64,000 nt of DNA from contig DAOSNS010000023.1 of NCBI GenBank assembly GCA_035373625.1, positions 7,890 to 71,889 on the forward strand. Reading direction: 5' to 3'. Made by a program: the position numbers and the translations under genes. This document shows positions 1-8,278 of the stretch, piece after piece (the stretch's first letter is position 1; every line of letters begins with the position of its first letter). The notes under the pieces are model-generated. The model saw only the letters and a program-made list of their open reading frames with translations. It did no database searches and was not told the origin of the DNA. The stretch comes from Anaerolineae bacterium. Lineage in GTDB: Bacteria; Chloroflexota; Anaerolineae; B4-G1; SLSP01.

Positions 1-390
1 ACGCAAACTGTCAGCTTGCGCCCTGCGGATGAAAACGTAGCGCAAGCTGTTAGCTTGCGCCCTGTGGATGAAAACGTAACGCAAGCTGTCAGCTTGCATC
101 CTGTGGATGAAAACGTAACGCAAGCTGTCAGCTTGCGCCCTGCGGATGAAAACGTAACGCAAACTGTCAGCTTGCATCCTGCGGATGAAAACGTAGCGCA
201 AGCTGTTAGCTTGCGCCCTGCGGATGAAAACGTAACGCAAACTGTCAGCTTGCATCCTGCGGATGAAAACGTAGCGCAAGCTGTTAGCTTGCGCCCTGCG
301 GATGAAAACGTAGCGCAAGCTGTTAGCTTGCGCCCTGTGGATGAAAACGTAACGCAAACTGTTAGCTTGCGCCCTGCGGATGAAAACGTT
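1..390. repeat. Tandem array of 10 x 39-bp units (the window begins inside the array); each unit carries a 19-bp palindrome CGCAAGCTG-T-CAGCTTGCG
   Basis: Read directly: units start at 1,40,79,...,352. Only a few positions vary (a/g at unit positions 1 and 7, c/t at 12 and 26, gc/at at 20-21). The array ends exactly at the GGAGG Shine-Dalgarno (391-395) of the next gene. Confidence 0.95.
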
Positions 391-400
391 GGAGGTCGCT

Positions 401-2215
401 ATGTTGAAGAACATCTGGCGGATGATGTTGCTGATTGGACTTCTGACGGGCGGCCTCGCGATGCGCCCGGCGCGCGCGGCGGAGGAATTGCCCCCACCAC
501 ACCTCGGCTACGGGATGATGCTCGCCTACCCGCCGTCTAGCCTGGCAAAGGTCAAAGAGGCGGGCTTCAACTGGTTCAAGTACTTCGCTGCCTGGGATGA
601 CGTAGATCCCGACCGCGATGGCATCTACGACTGGAGCAGCATAGACTGGCGCCTGGGGTGGGCGTGCGAGCACGGCCTGCACCTGCTCCTGCGCGTCGAG
701 CGCAACGCTTCGAACTGGAAGCCCATCCAGGACGGCGAGATGGCCGGCTGGCAGGCGTTCTTCCAGGCATTGGCGACCCGCATCGCCCAGAAACGCGCTG
801 CCTGCACTGTGCCCTACCGCGTGGCCCTCGAAGTCTGGAACGAGCCGAACCTCGACTTCCAGTGGAACTACGAGCCGGTGGACCCCGTGCGCTATACGGA
901 GATGGTCAAGCGCGCCTACCGGGGCGCGAAGGCCGGTGATCCCACCATCCCCATCGTTGCGGGGAGCCTTGCGCCCACAGGCGGCATGTCCGACGGACAG
1001 GCGATGAACGACGTGGCCTTCCTTGAAGCGATGTATGCCAGCGGCCTGGCAGGGCACTTCGACGCCATCAGTATCCACAACTACGGCTTCGGTGGGGAAC
1101 CGGAAGACAAAACGTGGGGATGGTCTATCGTCAACTTCCGCCGCGCGGAAGATATTTACGCGGTGATGGTCGCGCACGGCGATGGTGACAAACCGGTGTG
1201 GGCCACCGAGTTCGGCTGGCTGCTCGATGCTTCCGAGGAAGGCCATCCGGAGTGCCTCAGCTATTGGGACAGTATCGGCTTCGGCTGGCAGAAGGTCTCG
1301 GCGCAACAGCAGGCCGATTACCTGCAACGCGCGTTTGCCTACGCCGACGCCAACTGGCCGTGGATGGGCGTGATGATCGTCTCCGACCTCGATTTCAGCA
1401 CCACAGGCTGGTACCCCACGTGCAACCCGTTGAACTGGTTTTCCCTCCTCAGATTTGACGGCTCACCGCGTCTGGCCTACACCGCATTGAAGCAGATACC
1501 CAAGCGCCCTGCCGCCGTCGCGGGAATGGCCGTCAATCCGGCCGAGTTCGACTGGTCGGTGCGCCTGCGCGAACGCGCCATTTTTACCGCGACGGTCACG
1601 GTGTCGAGCGACGGCCTGCCCTTCGCCTGGGAAACCGTCACCGAGACGCTGGGGCTGCCGTTTACGGTCACACCCACACGTGGCGTCTCCGATGGGACGT
1701 TCCAGGTGGTTGTGGATGCGCGCGACCTGCTGACCGGCACCTATCGCGGCGCGATCGGCGTCAGGGCCGTGGAGCCTTTGGTTGCGCCGCAGGTCATCAC
1801 CATTCCGCTGGATCTGGAAGTGTGGGGCGCGTGGGGGATGGCCGTCCGTCCGCCTGCCTTGAGCTGGATGATGGCGGTTACGGAGACCCGGCCGGTCTCG
1901 GCGACCGTGGTGGTGGAGAACACCGGCGATTTTGAGTTTGGTTGGACGGTCACGCGGGCGAGCGCGGCGTTGACGCTGACCGTCATCCCCACCAGTTCCA
2001 CGCAGACGGGAACCACCTTCATCCCCGGCACATTCCAGGTGTCTGTGGATCCGCGCGGGCTGCCTGTGGGCCTGTATACCGGCGTGCTCACCGTCACCGC
2101 ATCGTCACCGTGGGTGCCACAAAGCCCGTTTGTCGTACCGGTGACCGTCCGCGTGGTGGAACGGGTATATCGCGTCTATATGCCGCTGGTGATGAGGGGG
2201 AGCGCTGGCCGGTAA
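401..2215 (+). CDS. Secreted clan GH-A (GH5-like) glycoside hydrolase with C-terminal beta-rich (Ig-like) region
   Basis: Track ORF 380..2215. GGAGG at 391-395 lies 5 nt before ATG 401, so 401 is the preferred start. Hydrophobic signal-like N-terminus. Motifs ALEVWNEPN (acid/base) and VWATEFGW (nucleophile Glu). Confidence 0.8.
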   Translation: MLKNIWRMMLLIGLLTGGLAMRPARAAEELPPPHLGYGMMLAYPPSSLAKVKEAGFNWFKYFAAWDDVDPDRDGIYDWSSIDWRLGWACEHGLHLLLRVERNASNWKPIQDGEMAGWQAFFQALATRIAQKRAACTVPYRVALEVWNEPNLDFQWNYEPVDPVRYTEMVKRAYRGAKAGDPTIPIVAGSLAPTGGMSDGQAMNDVAFLEAMYASGLAGHFDAISIHNYGFGGEPEDKTWGWSIVNFRRAEDIYAVMVAHGDGDKPVWATEFGWLLDASEEGHPECLSYWDSIGFGWQKVSAQQQADYLQRAFAYADANWPWMGVMIVSDLDFSTTGWYPTCNPLNWFSLLRFDGSPRLAYTALKQIPKRPAAVAGMAVNPAEFDWSVRLRERAIFTATVTVSSDGLPFAWETVTETLGLPFTVTPTRGVSDGTFQVVVDARDLLTGTYRGAIGVRAVEPLVAPQVITIPLDLEVWGAWGMAVRPPALSWMMAVTETRPVSATVVVENTGDFEFGWTVTRASAALTLTVIPTSSTQTGTTFIPGTFQVSVDPRGLPVGLYTGVLTVTASSPWVPQSPFVVPVTVRVVERVYRVYMPLVMRGSAGR

Positions 2216-2229
2216 CACCCGCCTCCCTG

Positions 2230-2380
2230 AATCGTAGTACACACCGCGTACACACCGACTTCAGTCGGGAAAACTGCGATTTACCCATTACCGAACCAAT
2301 TTGTGGAACTTCATCAGCCGGTGGTACTCGTCCCCCCCGACTCAGTCGGTAAATCGTATGGACACACCGGCTTCAGCCGG
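2230..2380. repeat. Cluster of three short palindromes (CCGACTTCAGTCGG, CCGACTCAGTCGG, CCGGCTTCAGCCGG), each preceded by ACACAC words, in a convergent intergenic gap
   Basis: Palindromes at 2255-2268, 2337-2349 and 2367-2380. Flanking words AATCGTA..ACACACCG occur twice (2230 and 2351). Confidence 0.8.
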
Positions 2381-2404
2381 TATACACCCGTGGTAATGGA
2401 AAAC

Positions 2405-3139
2405 CTAACGCAGGATTCCCCGGTAGAGCAAATCCAGCCCCTCACGGATGAAGTCGGAACTGCAAGCTGTAACTCCATCCGTGGTCCCATCCGTGGTCCT
2501 ATCCGTGGTCTCCGTGGTCCTATCCGTGGTCCCATCCGTGGTCCTATCCGTGGTCCTATCCGTGGTTTTATCCGTGGTCCCATCCGTGGTCTCCGTGGTC
2601 TCCGTGGTTTGCGTGGTCTCTATCACGCACATACGAAAGAAATACGTCGCCAACAGACCGGCAGCCAGCTCAGGGTTGATGTCGGGACGGAACACCCCTT
2701 GCGCCTGACCCTCGCGGATCAAACCTGCCAACACCGTAGACGCCGTGAGCCGCTCCGGGGGCAAGTAGTCGGGATGGGGGTGGGCGATGGTATGCAGGAA
2801 CATGTGCAGCGCCAGGTGACGATAGGGTTTCAACTCTTCCCACAGCGTTTGCAACAACAGGGAAATACGCTCGTTCGCCGGAGCTTCCGGCGCGGGCGGC
2901 GCCGCGAGCCAGACCTGCATGCGGTTGTACAACAATTCGCCCAAGAGACATTCTTTGTTCTCGAAATAGTTGAAAAATGTCCCCTTGGCCACATCCGCTG
3001 CACCGGCAATTTCCTCGACCGTGACGGCATCGAAGCCTTTAGCGACAAAGAGCCGCTCGGCCTCTTCGAGTAAACGCTGATGAGTGCGTTCTTTGCGCCG
3101 CTCCCATCGGGAAGGGACTGTGTGCGTTTTATTTGTCAT
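2405..3139 (-). CDS. TetR/AcrR family transcriptional regulator with an internal tandem-repeat insertion
   Basis: N-terminal HTH RLLEEAERLFVAKGFDAVTVEEIAGAADVAKGTFFNYFENKE. The C-terminal part contains TTETTDGTTDKTTDRTTD... encoded by the 2477-2620 repeat. Confidence 0.9.
   Translation of the reverse strand: MTNKTHTVPSRWERRKERTHQRLLEEAERLFVAKGFDAVTVEEIAGAADVAKGTFFNYFENKECLLGELLYNRMQVWLAAPPAPEAPANERISLLLQTLWEELKPYRHLALHMFLHTIAHPHPDYLPPERLTASTVLAGLIREGQAQGVFRPDINPELAAGLLATYFFRMCVIETTQTTETTETTDGTTDKTTDRTTDRTTDGTTDRTTETTDRTTDGTTDGVTACSSDFIREGLDLLYRGILR
2477..2620. repeat. 12-bp/9-bp microsatellite (ATCCGTGGTCCN / CTCCGTGGT) of about 144 bp, in frame inside the TetR gene
   Basis: Read directly; the core CCGTGGTC recurs about 13 times; total length is a multiple of 3. 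Confidence 0.9.
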
Positions 3140-3178
3140 AGTTGACCCAGGTCATAGTTGACTGAGGTCATTATACCA
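3135..3178 (-). promoter_or_regulatory. Putative TetR promoter (extended -10 TGGTATAAT) followed by two GTCAnnnnTGAC operator-like 12-mers
   Basis: Minus strand reads TGGTATAAT (3170-3178). GTCAACTATGAC occurs at 3151-3162 and 3135-3146; the second overlaps the ATG. No good -35. Confidence 0.45.
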
Positions 3179-3183
3179 TAGAA

Positions 3184-4017
3184 TTAGAGATGTTTCTCCA
3201 GCCACGCCTCCACATCCTTCAAAACCTGCGCGCGTTCCGGTTCGTTGAAGACCTCGTGGTAGAAACCTTCGTAGATTTTCAGAGTTTTATCGGGCGAACT
3301 GACTTTATCGTACAGCACCTCTGCCCCTACCGGATCAACCAGCTTGTCCTCACTGCCCTGTACGATCAACAGGGGCAACGTGATTTTGGGAGCCTCGTCG
3401 GCGACGCGCTGCGTGGCGGCAATAAGCTCCGCGGCGAGACGGGCCGTCGTCTTGCCTGTATACACCAGGGGATCGTTGACGTATGCCTGTACCACGGCGG
3501 GATCGCGGCATACACCTTCCGCATTGAGACCCAGCAGGCCGGCTTTGGGAGTCAACGCAGAAAGCAGTTTCCCCATGAAAATGATGGTAGGTGATATTTC
3601 ACCGGCGGCCTTGATCAACGGCCCGGAGAGCACCGCGCCTGCCAGTTCATTCTGATGCTCGAGCAGATAGGCTGCTCCGATCAACCCACCCATGCTGTGT
3701 CCCACCAGGAAAATCGGCTTGTCGGGGTGCCAGCCACGCACCATGTCGAAGTAAATCTTGAGCGTGTCCGTGTAGTCGGCGAAGCGTTTGACGTACACCC
3801 GCGTTCCCTCCGACTTCCCGTGGCCGATATGATCCAGGCCGTAGACGGCATACCCCAGTGGAACAAAGTGGTTGACCACGTTCATATACCGTCCGCTGTG
3901 CTCGGCCAGCCCGTGGACGATCAACAGCACGGCTTTGCACTCAGTTTCCGGCAGCCAGGCTTGATAGTAAATTTGCGCGTCACGCACACCTCGAAAGAAA
4001 CCTTCACGATGTTCCAT
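3184..4017 (-). CDS. Alpha/beta hydrolase, monoacylglycerol lipase / lysophospholipase-like
   Basis: HG motif LLIVHGLAEHSGRY and nucleophile elbow GHSMGG. SD GGGGAGG lies 6 nt upstream of the ATG. Confidence 0.85.
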   Translation of the reverse strand: MEHREGFFRGVRDAQIYYQAWLPETECKAVLLIVHGLAEHSGRYMNVVNHFVPLGYAVYGLDHIGHGKSEGTRVYVKRFADYTDTLKIYFDMVRGWHPDKPIFLVGHSMGGLIGAAYLLEHQNELAGAVLSGPLIKAAGEISPTIIFMGKLLSALTPKAGLLGLNAEGVCRDPAVVQAYVNDPLVYTGKTTARLAAELIAATQRVADEAPKITLPLLIVQGSEDKLVDPVGAEVLYDKVSSPDKTLKIYEGFYHEVFNEPERAQVLKDVEAWLEKHL

Positions 4018-4040
4018 AGTTGACCTCCCCTGAAAATAGT

Positions 4041-4106
4041 GATTGGGGATTCGGGATTGGGGATCAGGATGTCTTCCAATCCATGATCCCTGGTCCCGAA
4101 TTCCCT
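4041..4106. repeat. Heptamer tract GATTGGG GATTCGG GATTGGG GATCAGG plus an imperfect inverted copy (long hairpin potential)
   Basis: Direct tract 4041-4068; inverted words CCAATCC ATGATCC CTGGTCC CGAATTCC at 4076-4104. Lies between divergent genes. Confidence 0.85.
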
Positions 4107-4223
4107 CCTAAGTTTGCAAGTCGGGAATCCGTTCAATCCAACGTTGAGCTTGACAAAGCATGGCCGTTGACAAGTCTCTTCATCGAGAACGGTCGAACGT
4201 TGAAATGATGTAAAGAATCCGTC

Positions 4224-4252
4224 TTGACATCCCGTAAGAGTCCGCTTATACT
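4224..4252 (+). promoter_or_regulatory. Sigma-70-type promoter: TTGACA, 17-nt spacer, TATACT
   Basis: TTGACA 4224-4229 and TATACT 4247-4252, about 25 nt upstream of the methyltransferase start. Confidence 0.6.
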
Positions 4253-4277
4253 TGGGGCCTAAGGGGGTGTTCTTAAT

Positions 4278-4967
4278 TTGCCACTCACCGTTCCCGATTC
4301 GTCATTCACCATACATTGCCCGTTGTGTCGCTCAACAACAGTCGGTGTGTTCGCCCAGGATGCCATGCGGCGCTATTTTCGTTGCGCCACGTGCGCCCTC
4401 ATTTTCGCCGATCCGGCCTCGCGTCTAACACCCGAAGCGGAAAGGACGCGCTACACCTATCATCAAAACAGTCCGGCGGACGAAGGATACCGGCAGTTCT
4501 TGAATCGCCTGGTAATGCCTCTGAGCGAGCGGTTGGGGAACACGCACCAGCATGGCCTGGATTTCGGCTGTGGCCCGGGGCCGACGTTGTCGCTCATGCT
4601 GGAGGCTCTGGGACACACGATGGCGCTCTACGACCCGTTTTTCGCGCCGGATCCTTCTGTTCTGCGCCGACGCTATGATTTTGTGACCTGCACCGAGGCC
4701 ATCGAACACTTTCATACCCCGCATAAGGAATGGCGGTTGCTCCTGCGTCTCGTGAAGCCCGGCGGCTGGCTGGGGATCATGACCCGTCTGGTCCCCGATG
4801 CCGCGGCATTTACCCGCTGGTATTATCGCAGTGATCCTACCCATGTGAGCTTCTTCAGCCGCGAAACCTTCCATTACCTGGCGCAGCGCGATTGTCTGAC
4901 GTGCGAGATCATCGGCGAGGATGTCATTCTGCTGCGCACGGCGGCGCATCACTGCCCTGTCGCATAG
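4278..4967 (+). CDS. Class I SAM-dependent methyltransferase with N-terminal CxxC..CxxC zinc ribbon
   Basis: CPLCRS...CATC, then motif I LDFGCGPG. TTG start as given in the ORF track. Confidence 0.8.
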   Translation: MPLTVPDSSFTIHCPLCRSTTVGVFAQDAMRRYFRCATCALIFADPASRLTPEAERTRYTYHQNSPADEGYRQFLNRLVMPLSERLGNTHQHGLDFGCGPGPTLSLMLEALGHTMALYDPFFAPDPSVLRRRYDFVTCTEAIEHFHTPHKEWRLLLRLVKPGGWLGIMTRLVPDAAAFTRWYYRSDPTHVSFFSRETFHYLAQRDCLTCEIIGEDVILLRTAAHHCPVA

Positions 4968-7453
4968 ATGACGACCTCACCGCTATTGTAGACTGCCTGG
5001 AACAGCGTCGCAAATTTTGCCAGCCCCTCGGCGGGATAGCGTTGGCGCTCGACCTGGCCGATGTAAATGTAGGCGATATGGTAGCGCGCCAGGATTTCAC
5101 GCGCCTCGTCGGTGTCGAGGGTGGAGAAGAGTCGCGCCAGGTCTTGTTCGCGGCGCCCCGGTTCGTCGTAATTGCCGCGCCACTGCCGTTGATGCCCTGA
5201 CCAGCCCAGCACGGTCGGCAGGCCCGTCAATGCGGCAATGCGTCCCTCGTAGACGTAGGCGCGATACTGATCGCTCGGCGCTTCGGCAATGACCGGCGCA
5301 CCCTTGACCTGCGTGTTGAGCCACTGCACCGCAGCGTAATCGCCGGGTCTGGCGGTCGCCAGCCACGCTGCGCCGTCCAGTGTCCAGGGTTTGCCGTGCT
5401 CTTCGGCGCGCGCGGGCACGGCCAGCGCCGTGTAGACCAATCCCACTGCAATCAACAGACCGGCAGCCACGACCGCAACGGTGCGCCAGTCGGATGTCTC
5501 TGTTCTCTCGGATCGCGGCTCCAGCCAACGCGCCAACTGCCATGCCCCGGCCAGACTCCATACGATCCACGTCAGGAAGTAGAACTTGAAGATGGTGTTC
5601 ATCCGGGCCATAAACACGTCTTTGAGATAGACGTACTCCGGCGCCAGCGTGAGTAACAGGCCGGTGAGGATGAGAAGAATGGCGAACCGGGAATCGGGGA
5701 TGGGGGATGGCGGATCGGGGATGGGGGATGGGAGATTGGGAATCGGGGTTTCTGGTTGACGACTGACGACTGACGATTGACGACTGACGACTGACGACTT
5801 CAACAACGCCAAAACCGTCGCCACCACACCCGATGCCAGGGCCAGCCCAACCCACGGCCTCAGCCAGCGCGTTTTGATGCCCGCGATTACCATCTCCGGT
5901 GTGACCGAAAGCCCCTGGATCGGCTCACCGCGTAAGACGCTCAGCAGGTAGGGGTACGCCGCGCCCGCGCCCACCAGTAGCCCGACCAGTGCGATCGCCA
6001 CCATCAGCCCGATGCCGCCGACCAGCACCCACTCCCACGACACTCCTGCCTCGCGCGCGGCACCAATGATCACACCCAGTACCGGAATCAGCAGCGGCGC
6101 AAACATCACCACAAACTGCGGCCAGTGCGTGGCATTGAAGAGGTTGGGCAGAATCCCGCCGGCCTGCGAGCGCAGGGCGTACCAGAACGGGAAGTATAGC
6201 AGCACGCTGAGCACGCCCAAAATCACGGCTTCGGGCAGCGTATCCCACAGCACGGCGAGAAATCGCTCCCATAACCGGCGCAACGTGGCTGCCGTATCTG
6301 TCTGCCGCATGTAACGCGCCAGCACCATCCCGCCGACCATCAGGAACCAGTAAATCGGGAAGTCCCACGTATTGAGGAAAGCCAGTCCGCCCAACACCAG
6401 CGCGTAGCCGACCAGCGGTCCATATCGCTTCCACCATACGCCGCCGGGCGCATCCTCGGAGAGCGTCCGGTACAAATTCAAGGCGAGCGCGATCGCCAGC
6501 AGGCCAAAGGGCAATGCCAGCACATGGGGGTGCATGTCGCCCAATGTGAAGCTGAACGCGGGGAACTCGTCAATGATCTCGATGCGGTCGCCCCAGGGCG
6601 CATAATCGGTGAGCACCCGTGATCCCTGCCACCACCAGAAGAAGCGCGTGGGCTTCCAGGAGAAGGGCGGTTGCGGTGCGGTGTTGAGGTTGCGGATGTC
6701 CAACCAGGCCCAAAATCCGGCCGGGAGCAAGCCGCGCGCGTGGAGCACTTCCAGCAACCCTTCGGCATTGCCGGTGAAGAGCAACAGCAGTGGCGCAAGT
6801 AAGGGGCGCAGGGCGTCACGCTGGTCCAACAGATCGTAGACGATGCCGTAAGCCCCTGCTGCCGCCAGGGCAAACCAGCCCGCGCATCCCAGGTTGAACG
6901 CTACCGTTGCCGGCAAGGCCGCCAGTCGTGTGAGCATCCCCAACAGGAAATAGCCCAGGTAATAGTACGAAATTGCGTAACCGGAGAGCCACGGGTCATG
7001 GGGAGGCACCTGGGGCGCACGCAACACCGCGTTGAGGAACGCGATCTCCATCCATTTTTCGCCGCCGGCCGTCTCCAGTTGCGGTTGCGACGCCCGCACC
7101 GCCGTCCACAAGGCGAACGCGCCCAGGAACAGCGCCTCCGTGGTCAGCACAAAGGCCCGGCGCGTCTGCCACCAGGGACGCACCTCGGCCCAACGATGCC
7201 GCATTGCCCACAGTCCCACGGCAAAAACGAGCACCGCAGCCATCAGCGCGGCAGACATGGTGTTCTCCCACAGGTGCATGATCCCGCCCCACCAGAACAC
7301 CACGCCGGTCAAGAGGAGTCCCAAGGCTTTCGCCACCGCGTAGCCCCGCGACGGCAACCGGCGCAGCCAGGCAAATGCCAGCGGCAGGCCCATCAGCGCC
7401 ACAACTTGCATTGTCACATACCACGTCAGCCATTGTTTGATAATCATAGGCAC
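4949..7453 (-). CDS. Large polytopic membrane protein, Chlor_Arch_YYY (DUF2298)-like
   Basis: Many TM segments and the signature GYAISYYYLGYF. Contains an in-frame repeat-encoded insert SSVVSRQSSVVSRQPETPIPNLPSPIPDPPSPIPD. Confidence 0.75.
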   Translation of the reverse strand: MPMIIKQWLTWYVTMQVVALMGLPLAFAWLRRLPSRGYAVAKALGLLLTGVVFWWGGIMHLWENTMSAALMAAVLVFAVGLWAMRHRWAEVRPWWQTRRAFVLTTEALFLGAFALWTAVRASQPQLETAGGEKWMEIAFLNAVLRAPQVPPHDPWLSGYAISYYYLGYFLLGMLTRLAALPATVAFNLGCAGWFALAAAGAYGIVYDLLDQRDALRPLLAPLLLLFTGNAEGLLEVLHARGLLPAGFWAWLDIRNLNTAPQPPFSWKPTRFFWWWQGSRVLTDYAPWGDRIEIIDEFPAFSFTLGDMHPHVLALPFGLLAIALALNLYRTLSEDAPGGVWWKRYGPLVGYALVLGGLAFLNTWDFPIYWFLMVGGMVLARYMRQTDTAATLRRLWERFLAVLWDTLPEAVILGVLSVLLYFPFWYALRSQAGGILPNLFNATHWPQFVVMFAPLLIPVLGVIIGAAREAGVSWEWVLVGGIGLMVAIALVGLLVGAGAAYPYLLSVLRGEPIQGLSVTPEMVIAGIKTRWLRPWVGLALASGVVATVLALLKSSVVSRQSSVVSRQPETPIPNLPSPIPDPPSPIPDSRFAILLILTGLLLTLAPEYVYLKDVFMARMNTIFKFYFLTWIVWSLAGAWQLARWLEPRSERTETSDWRTVAVVAAGLLIAVGLVYTALAVPARAEEHGKPWTLDGAAWLATARPGDYAAVQWLNTQVKGAPVIAEAPSDQYRAYVYEGRIAALTGLPTVLGWSGHQRQWRGNYDEPGRREQDLARLFSTLDTDEAREILARYHIAYIYIGQVERQRYPAEGLAKFATLFQAVYNSGEVVIYATGQ
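5689..5799. repeat. Two abutting heptamer tracts inside the YYY gene: (GGGGATN)n at 5689-5748 and (GACGACT)6 at 5758-5799
   Basis: Read directly. The first tract has 8 runs of 3 or more G within 60 nt on the + strand. Confidence 0.9.
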
Positions 7454-7466
7454 TCCGGCAAATCAG

Positions 7467-7524
7467 CCAATCTCCTTCTACCTACTCCCCACTCCCTCTT
7501 TACTCCTCACTTCTCTACTTCACC
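7467..7524. repeat. 58-nt G-free pyrimidine-rich tract (polypurine on the minus strand) between comEA and the YYY gene
   Basis: No G between 7467 and 7524. The minus strand reads GGTGAAGTAGAGAAGTGAGGAGTAAAGAGGGAGTGGGGAGTAGGTAGAAGGAG. Confidence 0.9.
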
Positions 7525-8234
7525 GTAATCAACGGGGCGATATCCTTGAAGCGCGTCTCACCGATGCCTTCGACTTTTTGTAGATCCTCGATGCTCTGAA
7601 AGGGGCCATTGGCTTCACGGTAGGCGATGATGCGCTCTGCCATCGCCGGGCCGATGTGCGGTAACGTTTGCAGCTCGGCGGCCGTCGCCGTGTTGATGTT
7701 GATCGGCGCAGGGGCAGGAGCGGTTGTCGGCACAGTAACGGTTTTCGGTTGCGATGCTGTCGCGGTTGTCGGACGCAATGTGGTGGCGCGACGCGGCACG
7801 CTTACATGCTGATTGTCACTCAGCGGCGCGGCAAGATTGACGTTTTCGAGGTCGGCATCTGCCGTGGCGCCGCCTGCGGCGTCCACGGCATCGGTCAACA
7901 GACTGCCTTCGGGTACGGTCACGACGCCGGGATGTTTGACCGCGCCGCTGATATACACACGCAGCAGTTGGGGCGTGGCCGTCGGAACGGGTGTGGCCCC
8001 GGTCAACCGGGTCTCGGGAAGGCACACTTCCCCCCAATAGGGCGGCGGCGTCAGGGGATTGCCCGGTGATGTCGTCTCCCGCGCCGTGAATTTGACGATC
8101 AGACCGCCCACAACCATGCTCACCAGTGCGACCACAATGAGATAGATGCGCGATTGCTTCTGCACCTCACGGCGTATATCCGCGCGGAGCCGGTCGGGGT
8201 CAACAAACTTGGTCGGCAGGTCGTCTGTAGCCAT
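7515..8234 (-). CDS. comEA: ComEA-like DNA-binding protein (TM anchor, SLBB-like region, C-terminal helix-hairpin-helix)
   Basis: C-terminus NINTATAAELQTLPHIGPAMAERIIAYREANGPFQSIEDLQKVEGIG. SD GGAGGAA upstream. Confidence 0.8.
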   Translation of the reverse strand: MATDDLPTKFVDPDRLRADIRREVQKQSRIYLIVVALVSMVVGGLIVKFTARETTSPGNPLTPPPYWGEVCLPETRLTGATPVPTATPQLLRVYISGAVKHPGVVTVPEGSLLTDAVDAAGGATADADLENVNLAAPLSDNQHVSVPRRATTLRPTTATASQPKTVTVPTTAPAPAPININTATAAELQTLPHIGPAMAERIIAYREANGPFQSIEDLQKVEGIGETRFKDIAPLITVK

Positions 8235-8278
8235 CGGTCCGGCTTCCTCCGCAGGTCCGTACCCGCTTCGCCGAGGCG

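Noticed and set aside
1-390. Possible CRISPR array
   Set aside because: The whole 39-bp unit repeats, and the 20-nt linker between palindromes is itself conserved. There are no unique spacers and no cas genes in the window.
16-540. 174-aa ORF with RPADENVAQAVSL repeats
   Set aside because: It is the one stop-free frame of a 39-bp (13-codon) repeat. The unit differences are mostly non-synonymous, with no sign of purifying selection. The frame runs out of phase 140 nt into the well-supported hydrolase gene. I cannot exclude a repeat protein that starts upstream of the window.
362-1327. 321-aa minus-strand ORF
   Set aside because: It is antisense to the motif-supported glycoside hydrolase, with Arg/Ala/His-rich composition typical of GC-rich shadow frames.
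2303-3073. 256-aa plus-strand ORF (IRGPIRGP repeats)
   Set aside because: It is antisense to the TetR gene, whose HTH is unmistakable. The repeats are the same microsatellite read on the other strand.
4130-4170. Two TTGACA hexamers 17 nt apart as promoters
   Set aside because: Neither has a recognisable -10 element at 16-18 nt. The well-formed promoter is at 4224-4252.
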